64,000 bases of DNA from positions 342 through 64,341 of the IMG/VR virus record IMGVR_UViG_3300032225_000329. One strand, 5' to 3'. Origin of the DNA: a virus. Lineage: Duplodnaviria > Caudoviricetes. Shown in pieces: positions 7,498-16,054 of the stretch. The position numbers and the translations under genes were made by a program. The first letter of the stretch is position 1. The number at the start of each line of letters is the position of its first letter. The notes beneath the pieces are model-generated. The model saw only the letters and a program-made list of their open reading frames with translations, had not been told where the DNA came from and searched no databases.

Positions 7498-7716
7498 ATG
7501 GCTGAAGAGAATCATAGCAGACCTTGCATTATATGTGGCTCACCGGTAGCTCACGCACGTTGGGCTATAGGCTACAAGACTTGTATGCCATGCGGGGACA
7601 GCGCAGCGTTAAGCATCAAGCGGTGCGTTGTGCCAATGCACAAGAGTAACTACGTGATGGTGACAGACATCACAGACTTACAAGGCATCAACAACAAGGG
7701 AGGGTTAGTTAAATAA
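7498..7716 (+). CDS. DksA/TraR-like C4 zinc-finger protein
   Basis: CIICGSPVAHARWAIGYKTCMPC fits CxxCG..I...R......C..C; AGGAG SD. Confidence 0.6.
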   Translation: MAEENHSRPCIICGSPVAHARWAIGYKTCMPCGDSAALSIKRCVVPMHKSNYVMVTDITDLQGINNKGGLVK

Positions 7717-7799
7717 TGGACATCGATGATGTGGTAGGACTCTTATGTGGCTTAGTGTTGGCTGCATTGTTAGTAATGTTATATGCGGGGAAGATATGA
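7716..7799 (+). CDS. Putative 27-aa membrane peptide
   Basis: MDIDDVVGLLCGLVLAALLVMLYAGKI; TAATG and ATGA overlaps with both neighbours. Confidence 0.45.
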   Translation: MDIDDVVGLLCGLVLAALLVMLYAGKI

Positions 7800-7978
7800 G
7801 TAAAGCAAGTGAAGCAACGCAAGAGAAGCGTCAGAGGCGTGACGTTGGGTATAAAAACTTTAACCGGATGTTGGATTTAATACTACAGGAAGGGGTGAAT
7901 CGCTATGTTAATGCTAAAAATCAATTGGAACTACCAGAAGGGCGAGGGGACTGTCACAGTAACACCAGACTTTCGTAA
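7796..7978 (+). CDS. Small hypothetical protein
   Basis: MSKASEATQEKR..., ATGA-coupled to the upstream peptide; overlaps the next ORF. Confidence 0.4.
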   Translation: MSKASEATQEKRQRRDVGYKNFNRMLDLILQEGVNRYVNAKNQLELPEGRGDCHSNTRLS

Positions 7979-8093
7979 GGCAGATTGGATAACCAAGGCA
8001 GACGTACTACAGGATGCCATGTATGAATTAGAGGAGATGTACAACCTGACATTGAAAGAATACGGAAGGAAAGATGATGCAAGTAAGGAATAA
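7905..8093 (+). CDS. Small hypothetical protein
   Basis: 62-aa ORF with GGAAGGGGTG upstream. Confidence 0.55.
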   Translation: MLMLKINWNYQKGEGTVTVTPDFRKADWITKADVLQDAMYELEEMYNLTLKEYGRKDDASKE

Positions 8094-8223
8094 CAAGCAG
8101 TCAATTAAACAAACCATACGTGACGTTAAACGTATCTTGAGGAGGCAAAAAGGTACCGTTTGGGAGCGTGAGTATTTATTCGCACACATAAACAAAGTTA
8201 AAGGAAGGATGGGATGGCTATGA
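8074..8223 (+). CDS. Small basic hypothetical protein (49 aa)
   Basis: Hand translated MMQVRNNKQSIKQTIRDVKRILRRQKG...GWL; fills the gap and ends in an ATGA overlap. Confidence 0.45.
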   Translation: MMQVRNNKQSIKQTIRDVKRILRRQKGTVWEREYLFAHINKVKGRMGWL

Positions 8224-8588
8224 ATAGCTTTGAACTAAGTAGCAAGGAAGGTACAGACTTATACGTGCCAGTAGATGCACGACCACTAGAGAGCGGCGCA
8301 ATACAAAAGATATACCGCTTTGCCAATGGGTACGGAGCGTCAGTCGTTAAGGGTGAGCATACCTACGGAGGGGACGAGGGACTCTGGGAGTTGGCTGTAA
8401 TTATCTTTGGCAAGGGTACGGACAACAACTACACCTACGAGTTGGTCTATGACACTCCTATCACACAGGACGTAGAGGGCAATCTCAATGATGATGAAGT
8501 GGAGAAGTTACTCGACCAGATTTTCGTGCTGCCTATGCGCGGTGATGATGAGATGCGTCAACAAGGCAATGAAAGGCAACACGCATGA
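8220..8588 (+). CDS. Conserved hypothetical phage protein
   Basis: YRFANGYGASVV...GLWELAV...YDTPITQDVEG pattern, recognised as a recurrent uncharacterised phage family. Confidence 0.75.
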   Translation: MNSFELSSKEGTDLYVPVDARPLESGAIQKIYRFANGYGASVVKGEHTYGGDEGLWELAVIIFGKGTDNNYTYELVYDTPITQDVEGNLNDDEVEKLLDQIFVLPMRGDDEMRQQGNERQHA

Positions 8589-8806
8589 GTACATTATATG
8601 AGGTGGCAACCGTTGTACTGGGGGTTTGGGTGTTAGTGCTTCACGTACGCCTGAACCGTAAGACTACATTCTTGAACAAACTGAGTGTATCACTTGATCG
8701 CATCGCTGATGGTACGTGGGAGGTTAGATCAATTGATGAGGGCTTCGAGGTGTACGACAAGTCAGACAACGAGCGGATGATGTCGGTGAGAAGGGTCAAG
8801 GCATGA
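8585..8806 (+). CDS. Hypothetical protein with N-terminal TM segment
   Basis: 73 aa, VATVVLGVWVLVL, ATGA-coupled. Confidence 0.6.
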   Translation: MSTLYEVATVVLGVWVLVLHVRLNRKTTFLNKLSVSLDRIADGTWEVRSIDEGFEVYDKSDNERMMSVRRVKA

Positions 8807-8979
8807 ACAACTGGCTTCGTATTATCTGCGCGCTTGTGCTGATTTCGATCAGCTTGATGTCATTGGGAGCTTTCTTAGCCCATAGGTACATATATAAAAA
8901 TGGAGTAATTCGCTTGTATAATATGTCTAGTTATGATATACTTATAAATGGTGGACAAGGTTTCCTGATCGGGAAATGA
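8803..8979 (+). CDS. Possible small membrane protein (58 aa)
   Basis: MNNWLRIICALVLISISLMSLGAFLA...; the 3' half overlaps a promoter. Confidence 0.4.
   Translation: MNNWLRIICALVLISISLMSLGAFLAHRYIYKNGVIRLYNMSSYDILINGGQGFLIGK
8914..8942 (+). promoter_or_regulatory. Promoter TTGTAT-N17-TATACT with extended -10 TG
   Basis: Directly upstream of the DUF3150-like/AAA/vWA operon. Confidence 0.65.
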
Positions 8980-9034
8980 ATTAAGAGTTCAGCGTTACAT
9001 GAAGTTTTATTTAATCACACAGAAAGGCAATGAA

Positions 9035-9946
9035 ATGGAAATCTCTTTAAATAAACCTAAACACATTACGTCACTTGCTACGGCGGGTCTATTAGTATCA
9101 GTCGAGGTCAACGTCTGGTCAGCAACTAAGCAGGATAGGGGCATCAGCAATGAGGTTACTACCGCAAAGAAAGCTGATGTTAACGCAGGCAGGTTCGTAA
9201 AAAATCTATTGGCAAACAACATAGATCACAAGAATCTACTGAACTATCGTCAGACTATCTATAACTGGATGCAGAGGACAACTTACCCGTGGAATAAAGC
9301 GCAGGACTATCTGCCGCACGTATCTCTACCCAAGTTCATGCAGGAGTTCCACGATCACAAGGCAGAGTTCGAGCGTCTGTTAGATACATTCTGTAACAAC
9401 TATGCGACTACCGTATCCAACATGGCGTTCGCACAAGGTCAGATGTTCAACCGCAACGACTACCCAGATGTGTCAGAGGTACGCAATAAGTTTTGTATCA
9501 CTCTGTATACAAGCGAGATTCCGGTGGGCGACTATCGCTGCGCGATAGCACAAGACTTGGCTGATGATCTTAACAATCATTACAACCAACAAGCGGAGAC
9601 AATAGTTCAGGGCATCCTGAATGACCAGATAGATAGATTGGTTGAAGTTATGGAGAGTTTATCTCATTGCTGTGATGTAGATGAGTACATGGGCAAAGAT
9701 GGTGAGATGAAACAAAAGAAACGCAAGATATACGAAGGCACGGTGGCGAAAGCAAAAGAGTATTGCCATGTGTACAAAGACTTTAATCTGACAGGTGATG
9801 ATAGGTTAGCTAATGTCATTGCTCAGTTGGATATAGCGTTGCGAGGCGTTGATGCTGATATGTTGCGTGAGTCAGACGCAGCGCGTTCGCAAGTAAAAGA
9901 TGAGGTGGACGATATTCTGTCCAAGTTCATGCCACGTAGTATTTAA
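9035..9946 (+). CDS. DUF3150-like protein
   Basis: SLATAGLLVSVEVNVWSATKQD N-terminus and overall pattern; sits upstream of an AAA ATPase and a vWA protein. Start placed at 9035 after the repeated leader. Confidence 0.65.
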   Translation: MEISLNKPKHITSLATAGLLVSVEVNVWSATKQDRGISNEVTTAKKADVNAGRFVKNLLANNIDHKNLLNYRQTIYNWMQRTTYPWNKAQDYLPHVSLPKFMQEFHDHKAEFERLLDTFCNNYATTVSNMAFAQGQMFNRNDYPDVSEVRNKFCITLYTSEIPVGDYRCAIAQDLADDLNNHYNQQAETIVQGILNDQIDRLVEVMESLSHCCDVDEYMGKDGEMKQKKRKIYEGTVAKAKEYCHVYKDFNLTGDDRLANVIAQLDIALRGVDADMLRESDAARSQVKDEVDDILSKFMPRSI

Positions 9947-9981
9947 TTAACGATTCACCCAACCCTGAAAGGTAAGACATC

Positions 9982-11082
9982 ATGTCAAAAATAAACTTTG
10001 CTCAAACAATTACTATCGACCAAGCGGCGACAGTTATCCCAATTCTATCGCAGACAGTTGAGGGAGAAGATTCTCACATTACACCAATCATAGTGAGCGA
10101 ACCCGGTGTTGGCAAGACTTCTATTCTCAAAAATATGCGCGCAGCGATGGGTGACAAGTACGACTATATATACGTTGACTGTCCGGCAAAAGATTATATG
10201 GACATCGCAGCCACTATCCCAAATCACGATACAAAGGCACTTGAGCAGTACGTTGGTTCGTTGTTCAAGTTGAACAGCAACAAGCCCAAGGTCATCATGC
10301 TTGACGAGGCGTTCAAGGTTCCCAAGATGATGGGTGTGTTGTTTACCCGACTAATGCTAGAGCGTATGGTTGGTGACACGGAGTTGCCGCTTGGGTCTAT
10401 CGTGTTTGGAACAAGTAACAATGGAAGCGATGGCGTAGGCGATTTCGTACAAGCACACCAAGGCAATCGTATTTGTCTGGTACGTATGGAAAAACCCGAT
10501 GCGCGGCGTTGGAATATCTGGGCGGGTGAGAATGGCGTGTCAGTTACCTTGCGCTCATTCGTTGCTATGAATCCACGTTGCTTGGCGTCTTACATGGATG
10601 GTGGTCAGGAGAACAATGAGTTTATATTTAATCCAACCAAGGCAGGGCAGGGTGTGTCGTTCGTATCTCCACGTTCATTGTACAAAGCGAATCGTATCGT
10701 AACTAACCGCGAAGTTTTGGGTTCACAGGTGGCTGACGTGTTACTTGCAGGTACGATTGGTTTAGCGGCGGCGAAAGCGTTGTCTGTCTTTATGGAGATG
10801 GAGTCGCAGGTTATTAAAACTAAGGACGTGATTGCTAACCCAGAGGGTGTACCCATGCCGAGTGATATGGCTGCGCTTTGCATGATGATGTTCAATGCGG
10901 TGGATGACTTGCAAACACAGGACGAGCTTAGTCAGTACATGAAGTTCGTCAAGCGTATGAATCAGAGTGAGTTGCAGTCGGTGTTCTTCACTATGTTGAT
11001 GGGTAATAAACGCACTACTAAACTTGCCGCTAACAATGATGACGTTAAGGCATGGACTAAAGACAACTACAAGTATCTATAA
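9982..11082 (+). CDS. MoxR-like AAA+ ATPase
   Basis: Walker A SEPGVGKTS, Walker B VIMLDE, sensor-1 GTSN, Arg finger GNR. Confidence 0.88.
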   Translation: MSKINFAQTITIDQAATVIPILSQTVEGEDSHITPIIVSEPGVGKTSILKNMRAAMGDKYDYIYVDCPAKDYMDIAATIPNHDTKALEQYVGSLFKLNSNKPKVIMLDEAFKVPKMMGVLFTRLMLERMVGDTELPLGSIVFGTSNNGSDGVGDFVQAHQGNRICLVRMEKPDARRWNIWAGENGVSVTLRSFVAMNPRCLASYMDGGQENNEFIFNPTKAGQGVSFVSPRSLYKANRIVTNREVLGSQVADVLLAGTIGLAAAKALSVFMEMESQVIKTKDVIANPEGVPMPSDMAALCMMMFNAVDDLQTQDELSQYMKFVKRMNQSELQSVFFTMLMGNKRTTKLAANNDDVKAWTKDNYKYL

Positions 11083-11096
11083 CCTAGGAGAATAAT

Positions 11097-12365
11097 ATGT
11101 CATATCTATCAGACGAAGAAAGACTAAAGAAGAATCACATCATCATGATGCGTCATCCAGAGACAGCGTTGTACGGTAGCGTGATGTTGATGGGTGAGAG
11201 TGAGGTCAGGGAAGGTATACCTACCGCATACACCGATGGTGAGAACAAGCGTTACGGCAAGGAGTTCATGGCTAAGTTGTCTGACGAGGAGGCGAGGGCG
11301 GTGGTGCTGCATGAGAATCTCCATGTAGCGTTACTTCATATCCACAGACATAAAGACTTGATGAAAGAGGATCACGTTCTAGCTAACGTGTCGATGGATA
11401 TAGTCGTTAACAACATCATCGATAACATCAAAGGCAAGCATCAAGCACAACCATTGTGCAAGCTGCCTGATAGCGCGATCTTAGATCACAAGTTCGATGG
11501 GTGGTCGGTACGTGAGATATACAACGAACTAAAGAAGCAAAACCCACAGCGTAAGAAGAAGTGTAGTGGTGGCGGAGGTGGGAGCTGTGAGTCTGACGAT
11601 GGTGATGAGACTAACAGTTCAGGTCAGGGTGAAGTGATAAACATCAATGGCAAACAAGTCACCGTTCAGGACAGCGATGAGCATGACATCAGCGGAGCCG
11701 AGGGTAAGGATGTCAAAGAGTTGAAGGAGTACGAGGAGAAGGTAGGTCGTGCGTTGCGTGAGGGTGGTATGTTGGCGGGTCGTCTCGGAGCTAACATCCC
11801 GCGTGAGATAAGTCAGTCATTGGAGATACCGATCAATTGGAAGGACGAGTTCCGTGACTTTGTGTCTAACAACGTGCGAGGTAAGGACGAGCTTACATGG
11901 CGTAGGTTCAACCGCAATCTCTTGGCTAATGACATTTACGCACCAAGCGAGGACACAGAGACATTGACTGAGGTATGCGTGTCTATCGATACGTCTGGGT
12001 CTATCGGCACAGAGGAGCTTGGTTCGTTCGCTTATCAGTTGCAGGTGATCTGTGATGTATGTAAGCCTGATACGGTGAGAATACTCTGGTGGGATACAGA
12101 GGTGCATGGTGAGCAGGTGTTCGCAGGTGACTCACCTAACATCAAAGACATTCTTAAACCATTGGGTGGTGGTGGCACTATGGTGTCGTGCGTCTCGGAC
12201 TACCTGAAGGATAAGAAGTACACACCGGATTGTCTGGTGGTCTTTACTGATGGCTACGTGGAAGAGACACCAAGGTGGGAAACTGGCGTCGATACTCTAT
12301 GGTTGGTGACGGAAAATCGCCGCTTCAAACCGCCGAAGGGCAAGTTGGTTAAATTTAATAAATAA
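11097..12365 (+). CDS. HEXXH metallopeptidase-like + vWA protein (DUF2201-like)
   Basis: PTAYTDG, VLHENLHVALLH zincin motif, MIDAS IDTSGS, GGGGT, VFTDG. Confidence 0.88.
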   Translation: MSYLSDEERLKKNHIIMMRHPETALYGSVMLMGESEVREGIPTAYTDGENKRYGKEFMAKLSDEEARAVVLHENLHVALLHIHRHKDLMKEDHVLANVSMDIVVNNIIDNIKGKHQAQPLCKLPDSAILDHKFDGWSVREIYNELKKQNPQRKKKCSGGGGGSCESDDGDETNSSGQGEVININGKQVTVQDSDEHDISGAEGKDVKELKEYEEKVGRALREGGMLAGRLGANIPREISQSLEIPINWKDEFRDFVSNNVRGKDELTWRRFNRNLLANDIYAPSEDTETLTEVCVSIDTSGSIGTEELGSFAYQLQVICDVCKPDTVRILWWDTEVHGEQVFAGDSPNIKDILKPLGGGGTMVSCVSDYLKDKKYTPDCLVVFTDGYVEETPRWETGVDTLWLVTENRRFKPPKGKLVKFNK

Positions 12366-12393
12366 CGATTCACCCTAACATGAAAGGTTAAAC

Positions 12394-13404
12394 ATGAAAA
12401 TCATACATACACACGCCGCTTATAGGATGAGTGAGCATGGAGAAGAAAAGTTTCCGCTCACAGCCGATGAAGCATATCGAATAACAGATAACAAAGCGTT
12501 CCCGCTTGTGCGGGAGTTGGCGCACAAATACGACCTTCAGGTGTTAGCCATCGCAGGAGAAACTATTGAGGGAGCTAACATCTATCTGTCGCGTGCGGAT
12601 GGCATCCCTGTATGCAGAGTGTATTGGATGAAGAACAAAGAAGCGTATGCGATTCGTAATGTGATGGAGGTTAAAGATCGTGGGCGTGACTACGAGGACA
12701 AGCTAATTTTTTTTGGTAAGAAGGTAAATTTTTTAATGAAGGTTATTGAAGAAAAGAAATTGATACCCAAAACTACAGAGGATATGTTCAGGTGTGTTTT
12801 CGGTTCAGATATTTACAATATGTTGCAGATGTTTTCAAACACATTGGGCGAGGTACGTAAGTACAACACATTATCGGGCGATGAAGTTCACAGATTGTTA
12901 ATGATAGTTTTAAACAATCAAAGTAAGGATACCCTATCAAAAGATACAATGAATAAAGTTCTAGTTGCGCTTGACAAATACGGCGAGATTGATAGTATGA
13001 GAGCCAAGCGCATAGAAGAAATGCGAGAGATTTTTAACAAGCCTTTGCGTGTTGTGGGTAACGATGCGTTAGGGTCTTTCATGGCAGGTAAGGTAGCGTT
13101 GCAACCTACATGGGGGGACAATGATTCTATGGGGGAGTTGCAGAGCTACAGGTTAGAAATAACGGAGCCATTCAAGCGCGTCAATGATGTGATGGAAGTG
13201 GATGATGCTATTACTACTATGGCGATGCTGAAAACACACTTGCAACAGTTATATCCCAACATGACTTTCAAAGGTGAGAGCGGGTTCTATCCTGAATCAT
13301 TTAAGGGAATCATTAAAGAACTAAACGTAATGGCATTCAACAAGAGAGATTCTTGGGGTAACACATCGTTACTTAAACCATCATTTATATTTATGCCGAC
13401 ATGA
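12394..13404 (+). CDS. Hypothetical protein
   Basis: 336-aa ORF with AAAGGT SD. Confidence 0.8.
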   Translation: MKIIHTHAAYRMSEHGEEKFPLTADEAYRITDNKAFPLVRELAHKYDLQVLAIAGETIEGANIYLSRADGIPVCRVYWMKNKEAYAIRNVMEVKDRGRDYEDKLIFFGKKVNFLMKVIEEKKLIPKTTEDMFRCVFGSDIYNMLQMFSNTLGEVRKYNTLSGDEVHRLLMIVLNNQSKDTLSKDTMNKVLVALDKYGEIDSMRAKRIEEMREIFNKPLRVVGNDALGSFMAGKVALQPTWGDNDSMGELQSYRLEITEPFKRVNDVMEVDDAITTMAMLKTHLQQLYPNMTFKGESGFYPESFKGIIKELNVMAFNKRDSWGNTSLLKPSFIFMPT

Positions 13405-13796
13405 ATGTAGATACATCAGATACACCAATGGAGTGGAATGATTTTATATTTGAGCGTAACTATATAAACATTGCACCGATTGGCGGCGAGTTTGGGGAGG
13501 GGGTATATCGTGTGCCAGTACGCATTGAAGGCGCAAAACATACGATATTTGTTGGGGACGAACATCTACGGATATTTGACTACGACACCCTTCCCGCTTT
13601 TATTAAACACAAGCTGTCGATGATTATCGTTTCATCTAACCCTGAAGTCTTAACTACGGATACAAGACTATCCAGATTAGATTTGTTTAAGACACAAGGC
13701 GATACGCCTACGGTTGGCTGGCGCGCATCAAATACGATGTATATAGTAATCATGACTGATGCAGAGCTTGAATCTTTGAAAGGGTATAGAGAGTGA
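13401..13796 (+). CDS. Hypothetical protein
   Basis: 131-aa ORF, ATGA-coupled. Confidence 0.75.
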   Translation: MNVDTSDTPMEWNDFIFERNYINIAPIGGEFGEGVYRVPVRIEGAKHTIFVGDEHLRIFDYDTLPAFIKHKLSMIIVSSNPEVLTTDTRLSRLDLFKTQGDTPTVGWRASNTMYIVIMTDAELESLKGYRE

Positions 13797-14092
13797 AACC
13801 CGAAGCGAAGGTAAAGAAGAAAGTCAAAGCAACGCTTGATAAGTTAGGAGCTTATTACTTCATGCCCTTCATGGGCGGCTACGGTACAGCAGGAGTGCCA
13901 GATATAGTCGCGTGTTACAAGGGCAGGTTTATAGGCATCGAGTGTAAGGCAGGGGGCAATCGTACTACCGCGCTTCAGGTAAAAAACTTAAACGAGATAG
14001 GTAAGTGTGGCGGCATTCCGCTTGTAGTAAATGAAGAAAACGTAGACCAACTTGAGGAGGTGTTAAATGATGAAGTTCAAAATTGTAGGTGA
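13793..14092 (+). CDS. VRR-NUC family PD-(D/E)xK nuclease
   Basis: EAKVK...GVPDIVACYKGRFIGIECK...TALQ. Confidence 0.9.
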   Translation: MKPEAKVKKKVKATLDKLGAYYFMPFMGGYGTAGVPDIVACYKGRFIGIECKAGGNRTTALQVKNLNEIGKCGGIPLVVNEENVDQLEEVLNDEVQNCR

Positions 14093-14270
14093 AGAGAATC
14101 TTATATCGCCTGACGTTTACCAAGGCAATAGGCAACATATAGATGCGCTAGACAACTTTAAATGGACAGCAGGCGCAAACGTGCAGGCTAAGTGGCGCAA
14201 ACATGGATGGGTTCCTCCTTCAGAGGTTCGCAACGACTATCTGTTTCAGCGTAACAGAGACGGCAAGTAA
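14067..14270 (+). CDS. Small hypothetical protein
   Basis: 67-aa ORF with GAGGAGG SD, followed by a terminator. Confidence 0.7.
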   Translation: MMKFKIVGEENLISPDVYQGNRQHIDALDNFKWTAGANVQAKWRKHGWVPPSEVRNDYLFQRNRDGK

Positions 14271-14278
14271 TACTTTAT

Positions 14279-14314
14279 ATAGCGGTTCAGGGTCGCCTGA
14301 ATCGCTATTTTTTT
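14279..14314 (+). terminator. Intrinsic terminator
   Basis: ATAGCGGTTCAGG-GTCG-CCTGAATCGCTAT, 13-bp stem with one G.U pair, followed by a T-run. Confidence 0.85.
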
Positions 14315-14337
14315 CTCTACCCAAGGTGAATATCTAA

Positions 14338-14619
14338 ATGTTATGCCCGCACTGCGATGGGAAATCTACCGTCGCCACAAGTATAAAACTATACGATGGC
14401 GTTAAGCGTTACCGTAAGTGCGTTGATTGTAAGAGACAGTTTCAGACGATGGAATCAATCATGACCAACGCCCCTATTTTGAAACCAGTTGTTGAAAAGA
14501 AGGAGTTGTTTACCGCAAAAGAAGTTAGCACAGCAAAGATGAAAAAGGTTAACACGCGAAGAGCTAATGAAGATCGCGTGTCTAGTTACTATATTGAGGA
14601 TGACTACGATGACTACTGA
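14338..14619 (+). CDS. NrdR-like N-terminal zinc-ribbon protein
   Basis: MLCPHC...STVATS...KRYRKCVDCKRQFQTME parallels the NrdR Zn ribbon; no ATP-cone. Confidence 0.65.
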   Translation: MLCPHCDGKSTVATSIKLYDGVKRYRKCVDCKRQFQTMESIMTNAPILKPVVEKKELFTAKEVSTAKMKKVNTRRANEDRVSSYYIEDDYDDY

Positions 14620-14827
14620 TGTAATAGCAGAAAGAGAAATGCAAAAAGTTTATTGGCTGAATGGAATACTGCATTTGCCGCACTATCAAAGCAGTAAGAA
14701 GAATATTTTTGTGTCACCCGCTTACGGACAAACGCATTGGACAGAATACTCTGAGATGGAATTAGTCTGTTTGGGCGCAACGCGTGGTGAAGAATACTTA
14801 TTGATTAGACGAAAAGGAGATAACTAA
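14609..14827 (+). CDS. Small hypothetical protein
   Basis: ORF track 14567-14827; GAGGA SD favours ATG at 14609. Confidence 0.6.
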   Translation: MTTDVIAEREMQKVYWLNGILHLPHYQSSKKNIFVSPAYGQTHWTEYSEMELVCLGATRGEEYLLIRRKGDN

Positions 14828-14828
14828 C

Positions 14829-15032
14829 ATGTCAGAGATACTACCGCACCGCGAGTACATCGCTAAGTTTTTAGCACAGCAAGAGCCATTGATTGGCAAG
14901 ATCGAAGCCATCATGACTAACGAAGGCAAGCACATTGATCTTACTAACATGAACGACGAAGAGGCGAAGATCGCCGCTGAGTATTTTATGTTGTTAGGCG
15001 TACCTACATTTACAGGCAAGGCGGGAAAATGA
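14829..15032 (+). CDS. Small hypothetical protein
   Basis: 67 aa, AAGGAG SD. Confidence 0.7.
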   Translation: MSEILPHREYIAKFLAQQEPLIGKIEAIMTNEGKHIDLTNMNDEEAKIAAEYFMLLGVPTFTGKAGK

Positions 15033-15232
15033 TCGTTGAAACTATAGATTATAAGAAAGTATTCGCTTGGATAAACAATGTCTGGGCGAGATCACTAGCG
15101 GCATTCATTATGTTCTTTGTCGGGCTGTACATGGGGCAAGTACAAACAGAGAGCCGAGTGATTGGTGACTGCAAATACGCAGGAGCCTTTCGTGTAGAAC
15201 AACAAGCATTCATGTGTCAGAGGAGAATCTAA
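15029..15232 (+). CDS. Small protein with one TM helix
   Basis: SLAAFIMFFVGLYMG segment; ATGA-coupled. Confidence 0.65.
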   Translation: MIVETIDYKKVFAWINNVWARSLAAFIMFFVGLYMGQVQTESRVIGDCKYAGAFRVEQQAFMCQRRI

Positions 15233-15471
15233 TGGATGAGTTTATTAAGCATTACCCTTTCATTAAAGACATGGCAGAGACAGAAAGAGTTGAAGGCATA
15301 ACAGCAGATTACGTTTGGTATCAATCAAAACTTCTTGCCAACAAGATGAGCGAATGGCAGTTAGAGTTTGACAAGGTAGTAGGCGTAATGGAAGCGCGTC
15401 ACAAAGAACACTTAAAGATCATAGGCGAGTTACTTGACGAGATTAAAGAATTGAAGAAGGAGAAAGAATGA
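15232..15471 (+). CDS. Small hypothetical protein
   Basis: MDEFIKHY..., TAATG overlap and AGGAG SD. Confidence 0.65.
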   Translation: MDEFIKHYPFIKDMAETERVEGITADYVWYQSKLLANKMSEWQLEFDKVVGVMEARHKEHLKIIGELLDEIKELKKEKE

Positions 15472-15647
15472 AAGCATTTCCAAACAATAGAAGTGAAGGC
15501 ATGGAGTTGCGGGATTACTTTGCTGCACAGGCTATGGTTACACTAATAGATGTGTTTAAAGATCATCCAACAAGCATGGAAACAGTAGCTCAAGCTGCTT
15601 ATCGTATGGCAGAAGAAATGATGGAAGCACGAAAGGATAGAGAATGA
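15468..15647 (+). CDS. Conserved small phage protein (GMxLRDYFAA family)
   Basis: Hand translated MKAFP...GMELRDYFAAQAM...AQAAYRMAEEMMEAR. Confidence 0.8.
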   Translation: MKAFPNNRSEGMELRDYFAAQAMVTLIDVFKDHPTSMETVAQAAYRMAEEMMEARKDRE

Positions 15648-16054
15648 TTACTTTCACACGCGATGAAGCACAGAAACTTTTAGACACGTTAGTCGAAGCA
15701 ACAGACGCGCAGCAATGGGAACTTGATACTCACATAAAAACTCATGGTGAATGGTTTAGACCCGCGCGCGTTGAGTACATGAGAGACGTATTGAATAGCA
15801 CACTTAGAATGATTGAAATGCTTAACCACAAATTAAATTCCGAGCCGTGGGTTAAAACATATTCAGGTGGCAAGCCGAATTACACGCAGCCCGAGCCTAC
15901 GGTAGATGGATGGCCTTTGTATTCGGGACTACCGGAGCCTAAATGGGTTGGACTATCTGACGCAGAGATCGGCGAGATATACAGAGCAGGTTGGTCAAAC
16001 AACATGGACTTTGCGCGCGCGCTTGAAGCTAAGTTGAAGGAGAAGAACACATGA
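15644..16054 (+). CDS. Hypothetical phage protein
   Basis: C-terminal WVGLSDAEI...FARALEAKLKEKNT, a recurrent phage motif. Confidence 0.75.
   Translation: MITFTRDEAQKLLDTLVEATDAQQWELDTHIKTHGEWFRPARVEYMRDVLNSTLRMIEMLNHKLNSEPWVKTYSGGKPNYTQPEPTVDGWPLYSGLPEPKWVGLSDAEIGEIYRAGWSNNMDFARALEAKLKEKNT

Noticed and set aside
14477-14493. 17-nt exact match (TTTTGAAACCAGTTGTT) to the early cassette core at 5673-5689
   Set aside because: It lies in-frame in a coding region without the other cassette blocks, and a chance 17-mer pair somewhere in 64 kb is not improbable. Worth rechecking only if the box proves to be a protein-binding site.
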